A DNA stretch of 63,375 nucleotides, filler included, from Octopus bimaculoides (Eukaryota): assembly GCF_001194135.2 (NCBI RefSeq). It is 7 parts of 7 records of this genome, joined end to end, with 100 filler letters (N's around TTAATTAATTAA, not from the genome) between each part and the next. Parts side by side here need not be neighbours in the genome. Positions count along the whole stretch, not along the records: positions 45,433 to 54,024 come from NC_068987.1; positions 54,125 to 58,830 come from NW_026411435.1; positions 58,931 to 60,420 come from NC_069007.1; positions 60,521 to 63,375 come from NC_068982.1; 3 more parts are not named here. The stretch is one strand, 5' to 3'. Each line of letters opens with the position of its first letter. The stretch's first letter is position 1. The translations under genes and the position numbers were made by a program. This document shows, in pieces, positions 52,281-63,375 of this stretch. The notes under the pieces were generated by a model. The model was not told the origin of the DNA. It searched no databases and was given only the letters and a program-made list of their open reading frames with translations.

Positions 52281-52542
52281 GATAGATATGAAGAATAACT
52301 ACATTGATAATTACAATTTACTTGAGATAAAATAGAAAATAGCCCCGGTAGAGAAATGATAAAAGTGAAATGGAAAACCACTGCATAAGCAATTCAGTTA
52401 AAGTCAAAGTAGTATTTTTCAGATTTGTGGAGAATTTAATGCATAGAATGTAGCGAACTGTAACGATGGCACACAATACTGGTGTCGTTGAAACTTAAGA
52501 TAACTTGGATGTTTAACGAAAAATAACCAAGCGTAAATTTTG

Positions 52543-52624
52543 AAGGTGCCACGCAGTGGAACTGAAGCCAGAGCCATGTGGCTGTTAAGCAAGCTACTTA
52601 CCACACAGCCACTCCTGTGCCTAT
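52543..52624 (-). mobile_element. SINE family A head fragment
   Basis: Reverse complement: ggcacaggagtggctgtgtggtaagtagcttgcttaacagccacatggctctggcttcagttccactgcgtggcacctt. Confidence 0.85.
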
Positions 52625-52759
52625 GTCTGGGGATAATATTGGAAAAACATGCCTGTTTCTTTTAGTTAATGTCTTTAAGAATATAAACAGAGTACCTTAA
52701 AAAGTAACCACATCAATAAGAAATACTCCCTGGACATCATTACCCCGAATCTTAGAATT

Positions 52760-52980
52760 CATACGACCGGTTATTCCGTTTTCATGGTGCATAGGTGATC
52801 GGGATCATAGCATGATCCCTGAATGGGATGTCAGTCCGTCGTAGGTTAACTCAATTACAGTCCCATGTCATGGAGAAATGTGAATTGAAACAATGTGCTG
52901 AATAACACAAAGCATTCCCTGGGTCGAAAATCATAACACCGATCTTGTGATGGAGAGTGCCATACTGTGAATCACTGACA
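52760..52980 (-). mobile_element. Degraded SINE family D (tail type 2)
   Basis: Similar to 26086-26345 (ccgttttcatggtgcatagg...gtccgtcgtagg...ggagaaatgtgaattgaa). Confidence 0.5.
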
Positions 52981-53027
52981 ATGTGCTGTTCAGCACTTTT
53001 ATAGTCATAGAAATAATAGATAATATT

Positions 53028-53221
53028 TTTGGCACAAGAGAGTCAGTTTGGGGGAAGGAGGTAAGTCGATTATATTCATCCCAGTGTTTAAATGGCACTT
53101 ATATTACCGATTCCAAGAAAATGAAAGTCAAAATTAACATTGAACTCAGAACGCGAAAACGGACGAAATACCGCTGCGCATTTTGCCTGGCGTACCAACG
53201 ATTCTGCCACTTCGTCGCCTT
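53028..53221 (-). mobile_element. SINE family B copy
   Basis: gaactcagaacg...gacgaaataccgct...ttttgcctggcgtaccaacgattctgccacttcgtcgcctt is the reverse complement of the family B head. Confidence 0.8.
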
Positions 53222-54134
53222 CCGTGATTCTTTGCAATATTACATATAATTCAGGATATAATATCACATCGCAATTACATTAATTACTACTGTTGCTCCA
53301 TTTAGAGCAGTGGTAATAACTAAACAGTAGGGACCAAAAATTACCTGAAGGGATATATGTACAAGCCCTCATTTCCGTTTGGATAACTATAACTGGTTGG
53401 CCAGTAATATATGGAGGCCTTTCCAATCCATTGCTTCTGTCAATTTTATATACTGGAATCAATAAAGAAATGATCATTAATCATAAATAATAGCTTTTGA
53501 AGTGCAAATGCATATAAAACATGCGTATAAAATTTCGATAATACATGGAAGTAGGAAAGCATAGTATCTTTTAGTGGTAATATAATGCAACACACCAATA
53601 GAAAGCAGATAAAACGCAGTCGAGTTATTGAAAACATCGCTAAACTAATGGAATAACAGATTAATGAACATTTATATTTATATCATCATTAAGTAGAGTC
53701 TATTTTTTTTTAAATAACGCAAAACTGGGTATTACACGCGGCATAAATACAAATAAACATTAACCAAGTGTAAACAAAAGTGTCAACATGTAACCCTGAA
53801 ACCCGGGTCCGTTCGTGCTACAGATCACGATGAGAGGGATAACTTCCCTTGGCAAAACAAACAGGACACAGAAGTGTGTCGATAAGCCAGCTGGAGGAGA
53901 TGTCCTCCTGGGGCTAAAAGCAACAGTAACAGCCACCCCTAGGGGTCAGCCACATTTAAGTGGCAATATACTTCACTTTATCGTGCAGTTACTGTTAATA
54001 CCTAATTTAGAGAATTAACATTATNNNNNNNNNNNNNNNNNNNNNNNNNNNNNNNNNNNNNNNNNNNNTTAATTAATTAANNNNNNNNNNNNNNNNNNNN
54101 NNNNNNNNNNNNNNNNNNNNNNNNAACAACAACG

Positions 54135-54184
<50 letters not shown>

Positions 54185-54494
54185 CACCACCACCACCACC
54201 ACTGCTACACAGAACAATGCAGATTAAATTGATCTGCGATCAACAGGATTCCAACCATGACAATCCCGTTTATTTTTTCTGTTCAGGTATCGTGTTTCTA
54301 TTACTATGTTAGCCAATATAGTCTTGGACATAGCAGTGGTTTAGGCCAGAGCAGCTTTGAATGAGTAGATCCTTGATCAAAGCCATTCCAGATATGACCA
54401 TTCCGTATATTTTTTTTTTTATAAAACAGCTTCTATATTGTTAAATGCATCCTTTCAACACCATTTTTTTTATTGATGCAAGTGTGTATATATA

Positions 54495-54784
54495 GGAGCA
54501 GGCATGGCTGTGTGGTAAGAAACTTGCTTCCCAACCACATGATTTCGGGTTCATTCCCACTATTGTAGCTTTGGCCCGACCAAATCCTTGTGAGTGGATT
54601 TAGTAGAAGGAAACTGAAAGAAGCCCGTCGTATATATATACTTACTCTTTTACTTATTTCAATCATCTGACTGTGGCCATGCTGGAGCACCACCTTAAAG
54701 TATTTTAGTCGAACAAATCAACCCCAGAACTTATTGTTTGTATGCCTAGTACTTATTCTATTGTTCCCTTTTGCCGAACCGCTA
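54495..54784. mobile_element. SINE family A head (+) joined through (TA)n to a family A tail in reverse orientation
   Basis: Head 54495-54632 on plus; 54641-54784 (cttactcttttacttatttcaatc...gccatgctggagcacc...ttttgccgaaccgcta) is the reverse complement of the tail. Confidence 0.85.
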
Positions 54785-55799
54785 NNNNNNNNNNNNNNNN
54801 NNNNNNNNNNNNNNNNNNNNNNNNNNNNNNNNNNNNNNNNNNNNNNNNNNNNNNNNNNNNNNNNNNNNNNNNNNNNNNNNNNNNNNNNNNNNNNNNNNNN
54901 NNNNNNNNNNNNNNNNNNNNNNNNNNNNNNNNNNNNNNNNNNNNNNNNNNNNNNNNNNNNNNNNNNNNNNNNNNNNNNNNNNNNNNNNNNNNNNNNNNNN
55001 NNNNNNNNNNNNNNNNNNNNNNNNNNNNNNNNNNNNNNNNNNNNNNNNNNNNNNNNNNNNNNNNNNNNNNNNNNNNNNNNNNNNNNNNNNNNNNNNNNNN
55101 NNNNNNNNNNNNNNNNNNNNNNNNNNNNNNNNNNNNNNNNNNNNNNNNNNNNNNNNNNNNNNNNNNNNNNNNNNNNNNNNNNNNNNNNNNNNNNNNNNNN
55201 NNNNNNNNNNNNNNNNNNNNNNNNNNNNNNNNNNNNNNNNNNNNNNNNNNNNNNNNNNNNNNNNNNNNNNNNNNNNNNNNNNNNNNNNNNNNNNNNNNNN
55301 NNNNNNNNNNNNNNNNNNNNNNNNNNNNNNNNNNNNNNNNNNNNNNNNNNNNNNNNNNNNNNNNNNNNNNNNNNNNNNNNNNNNNNNNNNNNNNNNNNNN
55401 NNNNNNNNNNNNNNNNNNNNNNNNNNNNNNNNNNNNNNNNNNNNNNNNNNNNNNNNNNNNNNNNNNNNNNNNNNNNNNNNNNNNNNNNNNNNNNNNNNNN
55501 NNNNNNNNNNNNNNNNNNNNNNNNNNNNNNNNNNNNNNNNNNNNNNNNNNNNNNNNNNNNNNNNNNNNNNNNNNNNNNNNNNNNNNNNNNNNNNNNNNNN
55601 NNNNNNNNNNNNNNNNNNNNNNNNNNNNNNNNNNNNNNNNNNNNNNNNNNNNNNNNNNNNNNNNNNNNNNNNNNNNNNNNNNNNNNNNNNNNNNNNNNNN
55701 NNNNNNNGTGGGGCAAATGGTGGGCTGAGGGGTGGTGGGTGGGCAAGGGAAGGGAGTGTGGAAAAGTTAATATGTCTGCTATCAGTGACTAATTAACAG

Positions 55800-56096
55800 A
55801 TGCTCGTGGGTAGAGGTGGGCGTGTGAGTGTGAGTGTGTATGCGTGTGTGTGTGTATGTAACTGGGTGCATGTGTATGTGTGCGCGTGTGTGTAGACGTG
55901 ACTTTGTATGTATGGGCAGAGTTTGGCTGCATGTGGAAGGGTAGAGGTGTGTGTGTGTGTATATATGGAGGGGGTGGCATTAGAGGTGGATGTGGGGTGG
56001 ACACATGAAGCTGTATGTATGTGTGTGTATGCATATTTGTATGCATGTGCATGTGTGTGTGTATCTTTGTATGTATATGTGTACGTATATATGTGC

Positions 56097-56156
<60 letters not shown>

Positions 56157-56480
56157 ATTTTTGTATGTATGTTTCTATGTGTGTGTATATATGTATATGT
56201 GCGTGTGTATTGTGCATATATATGTGCATATTTTTGTATGTATGTATGTGTTTATGTACGTATGTGTGTATGTATGTATGTGCGCATGCGAATGCATGTG
56301 TGTATGTATGGCCGTGTGTGTGTGTATGTGTTGGATAGAGTTGTCTGTTTGTGTGGGGTCGGGTACGTGGGGAAGGGTTTTATGAGAATGTGTGCTTTGT
56401 GTGTGTGTGTGTGTGTGTTAAATGGATATAGTGACTATGTACGTATATGTGTGTGTGTGCGCGCGCGAATATAATGTGTA
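55800..56480. repeat. TG/TA/TATG microsatellite block
   Basis: Direct reading. Confidence 0.95.
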
Positions 56481-57491
56481 TGGAAGGGGTGAATTATGAN
56501 NNNNNNNNNGGTGGTGATGAAATGAGAAAGAGCGCGAGGGGATAGGGCGGATGCACTGGACAGCAATTGTCCGGAGTGTCCCATTTCACACCGATGTCCG
56601 TGTTTGTGTTGACTCGCAGATAACGATGGACGCTGGGTGACAGAAGTGAAAATGACTAAGGCATAGCAGCAGCAGCAGTAGTAGTAGTAGCAGCAGTAGT
56701 AGTAGTAGAAGTAGTAGTAGTAGAAGTAGTAATAATAGTAGTGGTAGTAGTAGTGGTAGTAGTAGTAATGGTAGTAGTAGTTGAAACTGAAGTATTCGTT
56801 GTAATAGTGGATATTAGTAGCAGCGGCATACCAACCCGTCAGGAGTAAAGTATGGCTGGAGTTGGGTTTTTGGAAAGAGAACGCAAATTCTTAATTCGTC
56901 CGCTACAAATGGTCATGATACCTGGGACAATAAAAATCTACAAGACCTTTTTAAGGTTTACAGGATGATGAACAAAACAAGATGCTTTTCTTCACAACCT
57001 TGCTAGGAAGTAGGAGGTCAAAATGTACTCTAAATTAAAAGAGAACGGGAACATGTATACATACATACATACATACATACATACATACATACATACATAC
57101 ATACATACATGCCTAAATACCAGTCGTGAGAAATTAGGCTTCTCAGAAAGGAGAAAGCTAATTCGAAGACTACAGATCCAATCCATCATTGGAACTGTAA
57201 AAATCTGTAAAACTTTCCAGAAGTTTAGCATTTAAGTATATATGAGCATGTCTAGATATGCAACCATATGCGTGAGAATACATTACATAAGACAAAACGT
57301 ACAAATCTGCACATATACATACATACATACATACATACATACATACATACATACACACATACATACATACACGCATACACATACATANNNNNNNNNNACA
57401 TACATACATACACACATACATACATACACGCATACACATACATACATACATACATACATACATACATACATACATACATACATAAATACAT

Positions 57492-57760
57492 TTCGCTCAA
57501 AAGGTCCCTAAATAAGGGTTGTTTAAAGATGTTGAACGAAACACCCATGTTTCTAAAGGTGAATTATCCAAACCCCAAAGAATTCCTCTCAATACATGAC
57601 TATTGTGCTCCCAAACTACTTCTGCTCGTGATCAGAGATGCACATATCGTCAGCCATTGAGCTCAAGTGGCTAAGTTCAAACAATTGACAAGCAAGTCCG
57701 TGGTATTGAACAGAATATTTGCTGTAGCCCATCTTCTATACCAAGACAAAACAATGTATA

Positions 57761-57798
<38 letters not shown>

Positions 57799-58085
57799 GA
57801 GTGAGAGATCAGTGCATGCCATCAAAGTGACACTGGGGTAAAATATCCGAAGTCCATTATACCCGTCATGACTACCCGTCTGATAAGGGTACACCAGGCA
57901 CATGCATCACAACCATATGTGCACGACATGGTGATCTCATATGAAGATAAACAGTGCATGACCTCGCAGGTGGGGCCCGGTTAGAATTATCTTCAGGTCG
58001 AGTAGCCCATCCCACTTAAAAGGTCCCTGAATAAGAGCTGTTTAAGGATGTTGAGCAAAACACCCATGTTTCCAAAGGCGAATTG
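57492..58085. mobile_element. Two partial tandem copies of an interspersed repeat (likely non-LTR 3' region, minus strand, (AAT)n tail)
   Basis: aaaaggtccct(a/g)aataag(g/a)g(t/c)tgtttaa(a/g)gatgttga...aaacacccatgtttc occurs at ~57495-57555 and ~58018-58075; pieces are separated by (ATT)n. Confidence 0.6.
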
Positions 58086-58265
58086 TACATTATTATTATT
58101 ATTATTATTATTAGTCGTTGTTATTGTTGTGGCAGTAGTAGTAGTAGTGGTGGTGGTGGCAGCAGCAGCAATAATAGCATTAGTAGTAGTAGTAGTAATT
58201 GACGGGCAAATTAACGAGTCCATGCTAATTAGAGTATCATTACTCTTAATTCTCCTTCCTAATAC

Positions 58266-58308
<43 letters not shown>

Positions 58309-59104
58309 TCTCTCTCTCTCTCTCTTAATCCCTGTTCGTCTCCGCGCCTCTTCTCATCCTCTCACATTTCTCTCTGTCTTTCTCCTTGACCATTGTCTCA
58401 CCGACTAAGGCCAAACTACCAGTCAATGGACACAACTCACCGACCAACAAAACTAATTAGAAAAGTCCTTCATTCATTTGTCCAACGGTTCATCTCCCCT
58501 CCATCCATCTAATCGGTCAGCCAACCAACCAACCGGCCAACCAGCCAGCCAACCAGTCAACCAGCTCTACTAAACAGACACACGGACAGACAGCATACCA
58601 ATAAACTACTAAAACCTACAAATGACCAATGTATTTAGTATCACGGCCTTTGATGCATACATCTGTTACCACCGCACCAGTGGCACCGCACCTACCATAA
58701 CCACCACTACCACCACCACCACCACCATCATCATCGTCATCATCATCATCACCACCACCATCATCATTATCATCATCATCACCACCACTACCACAACCAA
58801 CAGCAACAAATAAAATCCATCACTACCACTNNNNNNNNNNNNNNNNNNNNNNNNNNNNNNNNNNNNNNNNNNNNTTAATTAATTAANNNNNNNNNNNNNN
58901 NNNNNNNNNNNNNNNNNNNNNNNNNNNNNNTGTGTGTGTGTGTGTGTGTTTACATCTCTTTCTTTCTATTCATCCATTTCTCTATAATTTTTATCTATCT
59001 ATCTATTGTTGCAACACAGAGATTAAAGAGATTCCTTGAGGCTTGATGACGTGGTCACGTTTTGCGGAAGCTCATTTTCCCCGCCGCTCTTCACCGTGGA
59101 CGAG

Positions 59105-59548
59105 CTTCATCATTATTTTTTTTTCTCTCTCTCTCTTTATCACAGGTTTTGCTGAAGCTCTTGGAGTCTTGCATGCGCAGCGGGTTTACTACCGGTACCG
59201 TGCTATCCATTCTTTTCAGCTAATACTTTTCTGATTATTCAGGCCGTGCCAAGAAGGCAAACCTTTTGTAACAGTCCCACTGGACACCCTATTCCAATTT
59301 CCTTTATATTCCTCTTGATGCCTTCTGATATTGTTCCCAAGAACCCCAAAATAATTGACGCTCTCTTCACCTTCTTCATTTTCATAGCCTAGCTATTTCG
59401 TACTTAAAAGGGTTGTGCCTATCTATCTTTTCGTCTTCCTTCTTGACTATTTGTGGGTCAAAGGGGCATGCAACGTCAACTATATAGCATATGTGGTGCA
59501 CCACTAGGTACGGTCTGTTATGCTCTAGCACCTGATCTGTTTGGATTG
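59105..59548 (-). mobile_element. R4/Dong-like non-LTR retrotransposon 3' end (restriction-like endonuclease domain)
   Basis: IQTDQVLEHNRPYLVV..CYIVDVACPFD..KKEDEKIDRH..FKYEIARL, frameshift, then GFLGTI..LLQKVCLLGTA*IIRKVL. Matches RPDxV..D..C/P..KxxKY and LQKAxLLGT of RLE elements. Confidence 0.85.
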
Positions 59549-59996
59549 NNNNNNNNNNNNNNNNNNNNNNNNNNNNNNNNNNNNNNNNNNNNNNNNNNNN
59601 NNNNNNNNNNNNNNNNNNNNNNNNNNNNNNNNNNNNNNNNNNNNNNNNCCTCTCCAAAGCATTTTCATAAGTTTGTCCTAAATGTCCATGTTTGTTTTCA
59701 AACGTTTAGTTAACCCTTGATTCATACGTTCTGAGTTATATAAAGCTTTTCTTCCATAAGTTCCAAATTACTCTTGTGGTTAAAAAAAGTATGGAACATG
59801 TATCGTATATGAAGCATGAATGTTCGGGAAATATGTCCATGATACACTGGACAGGCAAAGGGCTAAAACTTGTTTTCGTGTATTTAGAAAATTAATAAAC
59901 AAGATCTAGTTTAAAACATTGACGTTGTACAATAATGTCTACTTAAACTATCGAAAAAGCAAAGAAAGAATTGTTCCGGTCTATTTATCGTTCATA

Positions 59997-60342
59997 TTTT
60001 ACTTGTTTCAGTCATTGGACTGCGGCCTTGCTGGGGCACCGCCTTCAAGGATTTTAGTCGAACAAATCGACCCAGTACATATTTCTATAGACGTCTGGTA
60101 CTTATTCTATCGGGGGCCGTTTGCCGAACCACTAAGTTACAGGGACCTAAACAAACCATCACCGGTTGTCAGGCAGCAGTGAGGGTCAAAAACTAACACA
60201 CGCGCGCGCACGCGCGCACAATCGGCTTCTTTCAATTTGGTTGACCTGGGTCTATGGAAAAAAAAGACACTTCATCAATTTACCACGCAATAGGACTGAA
60301 CCCTGAACCATGTGGTTGGGAAGCAAACTTCTTATCACACAT
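59997..60342 (-). mobile_element. Full-length SINE family A (head + CA/CG repeat + tail)
   Basis: Tail 59997-60180, cacacgcgcgcgcacgcg spacer, head 60222-60342, all colinear on minus. Confidence 0.85.
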
Positions 60343-60370
60343 AATTTGGGTTATGTATTTTCTTAACGGT

Positions 60371-60420
60371 GGAGGCGCAATGGCCCAGTGGTTAGGGCAG
60401 CGGACTCGCGGTCATAGGAT
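60371..60420 (+). mobile_element. tRNA-like SINE head (family D type), truncated by spacer
   Basis: ggaggcgcaatggcccagtggttagggcagcggactcgcggtc; A-box TGGCCCAGTGG. Confidence 0.65.
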
Positions 60421-60520
60421 NNNNNNNNNNNNNNNNNNNNNNNNNNNNNNNNNNNNNNNNNNNNTTAATTAATTAANNNNNNNNNNNNNNNNNNNNNNNN
60501 NNNNNNNNNNNNNNNNNNNN

Positions 60521-60560
<40 letters not shown>

Positions 60561-61027
60561 AGAATGACAGATAGATAAACAGAGATATTGATAGACACAC
60601 ATTTGTCCAAGAAAAAAGTCGACAATAAAAGCGATATTTTAAAACTAAAATATGCCGACGACTCTGGTAGCCATTAAGTTTTATACAAAGTGTGAATGCA
60701 AGCATGAAGAATATATGTAAAGTAATGGAACGTGATTATTTTATTTTCAGGCATATGTCTGGTCGTGTCTGCGAGCATACTTACTTCAAAACAGATAAAT
60801 GTGTTTAGAATGCAATTTTTGAAATTTGAGTGTTTTGGTAATATGGAGAATATGATATGCGAGTCCGACTCGTCGTCGTTCAGACCACATCTGCTGCACA
60901 TTCCAGAAACGTTTCCTGAATGGAATATTTATCCTCTTAAGATGAATTGGGGAAAAAATATATAAGTAATAATGATTGAACCAATCAAGGAATGCAAAAA
61001 ATAAACTGAAATATCAAAGTCAACATA

Positions 61028-61285
61028 CGCAGGAGAGGCTGTGTGGAAAGGAGCTTGCTTCCCAACAACATGGTTCCGGGTTCAGTCCCACTGCGTGGCA
61101 CCTTGGGCAACTGTCTTCTATTATAGCCTCGGGCTGACCAAACCCTTGTGAGTGGATTCGGTAGACGGAAACAGAAAGAAGCCCGTCGTATATATATATA
61201 TATGTATGTATGTATGTATATGTATGTATGTATGTATGTATATATATGTATATATTTGTGTATGTGTGCTTGTGTTTCTCCCCAC
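61028..61285 (+). mobile_element. SINE family A head + microsatellite, truncated by gap
   Basis: gcaggagaggctgtgtgg...ggttccgggttcagtcccactgcgtggcaccttgggcaa...gaaagaagcccgtcgtata. Confidence 0.9.
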
Positions 61286-62877
61286 NNNNNNNNNNNNNNN
61301 NNNNNNNNNNNNNNNNNNNNNNNNNNNNNNNNNNNNNNNNNNNNNNNNNNNNNNNNNNNNNNNNNNNNNNNNNNNNNNNNNNNNNNNNNNNNNNNNNNNN
61401 NNNNNNNNNNNNNNNNNNNNNNNNNNNNNNNNNNNNNNNNNNNNNNNNNNNNNNNNNNNNNNNNNNNNNNNNNNNNNNNNNNNNNNNNNNNNNNNNNNNN
61501 NNNNNNNNNNNNNNNNNNNNNNNNNNNNNNNNNNNNNNNNNNNNNNNNNNNNNNNNNNNNNNNNNNNNNNNNNNNNNNNNNNNNNNNNNNNNNNNNNNNN
61601 NNNNNNNNNNNNNNNNNNNNNNNNNNNNNNNNNNNNNNNNNNNNNNNNNNNNNNNNNNNNNNNNNNNNNNNNNNNNNNNNNNNNNNNNNNNNNNNNNNNN
61701 NNNNNNNNNNNNNNNNNNNNNNNNNNNNNNNNNNNNNNNNNNNNNNNNNNNNNNNNNNNNNNNNNNNNNNNNNNNNNNNNNNNNNNNNNNNNNNNNNNNN
61801 NNNNNNNNNNNNNNNNNNNNNNNNNNNNNNNNNNNNNNNNNNNNNNNNNNNNNNNNNNNNNNNNNNNNNNNNNNNNNNNNNNNNNNNNNNNNNNNNNNNN
61901 NNNNNNNNNNNNNNNNNNNNNNNNNNNNNNNNNNNNNNNNNNNNNNNNNNNNNNNNNNNNNNNNNNNNNNNNNNNNNNNNNNNNNNNNNNNNNNNNNNNN
62001 NNNNNNNNNNNNNNNNNNNNNNNNNNNNNNNNNNNNNNNNNNNNNNNNNNNTACACACACAAATACACAAATACACACACACAACACACATACAAACACA
62101 CACACAAATGCACCACAAACACACACACACAAATACACCACACACACACGCGCATATGTCGTTGCTATTATGTTAAAATGTCATATGTCCAAATTTGGCC
62201 AAAGGTGTTTTTTTCAACATTTACTTTTGCTTGTAATAGCCGGTTCTTTTGGTCAAACTATCGTATCTCCAGCTGCTTCAGACGCCAAGATATCAAAAGT
62301 TGTCAAAGTGTACCATTCCATAGTTTTACTATGAATTGGTAAAACTACTTTTTCGTTTTCTTAAAAAGCAACGTTTTGGACTTACAACACTTTTGCATAA
62401 TAGTAACGATATATATATATATGTGTGTATGTGTGTACGTCTGATAACATAAACAGACAAGTGATGTAAAATGTGATGGAAAATGAAGAGAAAAGGCAAT
62501 CGAATATCAAAGTTTGAATAAAGTATGGAGTTTTATTAAAATTGAAATTTAATTCCCGAATTCAGCAAATTCGTGAGATATACAATACAATACACAAACA
62601 TATAATTTATATATTATTAAATGGTGGCAAACATCCATTGTCTGCACATTAAAATAGTACTAATCATCCCCTATTAAAACTGAAACCGGTTTTTCGTATT
62701 ATATTTTGACATATTTTGATTCATTACAATACGACAGTATTGCTTCTTTTCCTCTCACTGCATAGACTATATACACATGCATACATACGTTTACATACAT
62801 AAATCTTAAACATTTTAAATTGTTTCAGCTTTAAAGCTGCGGTCATGCTGGAGCATATATATATATATATATATTAC

Positions 62878-63276
62878 CCTTCGATCATTGGACAATAAAC
62901 TATGCTTGCGAAGACCTGTTGAGGCAAGTGAAATGGCTGTCGTGGCCGATGACAGTACCACCTCATTGGCACCTGTGCCAGTGGTACGTTAAAGGCACCA
63001 TTTGAGCGTGATCGTTGCCAGTGCCGCCGGACTGGCTCCTGTGCAGATGGCACGTAAAAAAAACATTTGAGCGTGGCCAATGCCAGAACCGCCTGACTGG
63101 CCTTCGTACCGGTGACACGTAAAAGCACCCACTACACTCTGGGAGTGGTTGGCGTTAGGAAGGTCATCCAGCTGTAGAAACTTTGCCAGATCAGATTGGA
63201 GCCTTGTGCAGCCTTCAGGCTCGCCAGCCCTCAGTCAAACCATCCAACCCATGCCAGCATGGAAAGCAGACGTTAC

Positions 63277-63312
<36 letters not shown>
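62878..63312 (+). mobile_element. SINE family E with internal subrepeats and (GAT)n tail
   Basis: Three tgcca(g)...ctggc...gtggcacgtaaaa(g)cacc/tttgagcgtg units, then gagtggttggcgttaggaaggtcatccagctgtagaaac...ccatgccagcatggaaagcagacgtta(cat)(gat)n. Confidence 0.85.
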
Positions 63313-63314
<2 letters not shown>

Positions 63315-63375
63315 ATTATATAATATATATACATGTTTACATATATGAACGTATGTATATATGTATACATATATA

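Noticed and set aside
60371-60420. Possible tRNA gene
   Set aside because: Truncated by a spacer and matches the SINE D head; no complete cloverleaf visible.
60751-60965. Acceptor plus 71-codon frame; minus-strand CSRCG...H
   Set aside because: No recognisable domain, no partner exon, and the zinc-knuckle is incomplete.

Overview
Eukaryotic, AT-rich, extremely microsatellite- and SINE-rich genomic DNA with about 10 kb of N. The repeat families and overall style point to a coleoid cephalopod, most likely Octopus (inference). Six identical 100-bp spacers (44 N + TTAATTAATTAA + 44 N) split the window into seven joined pieces, so adjacency across them is not base-level evidence. Most long ORFs in the track are translations of microsatellites or Ns. 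Supportable host coding sequence: (i) one clear spatacsin (SPG11) exon on the minus strand at 43151-43302; (ii) three phase-compatible plus-strand 3' exons (47838-47984, 50944-51110, 51208-51245) of an unidentified, probably membrane-associated protein with a Tyr-motif-rich tail, plus a possible transmembrane exon at 46961-47137; (iii) a few weaker candidate exons. The rest is a TE graveyard: two divergent Penelope-like (RT + GIY-YIG) fragments, a Penelope-type minimal hammerhead-like motif, RTE, CR1/L2 and R4/Dong LINE remnants, three Tc1/mariner remnants, a 165-bp LTR present both as a solo LTR with TSD and as an LTR + tRNA-Ser(GCU) PBS remnant, several foldback/MITE-like elements, and at least four modular SINE families (about 25 copies). 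I found no CRISPR array, rRNA or bona fide tRNA gene. I did not find a convincing new multi-gene system; the best leads are the orphan Tyr-tailed gene, the variant hammerhead, the mini-LTR family and SINE module shuffling at microsatellites.
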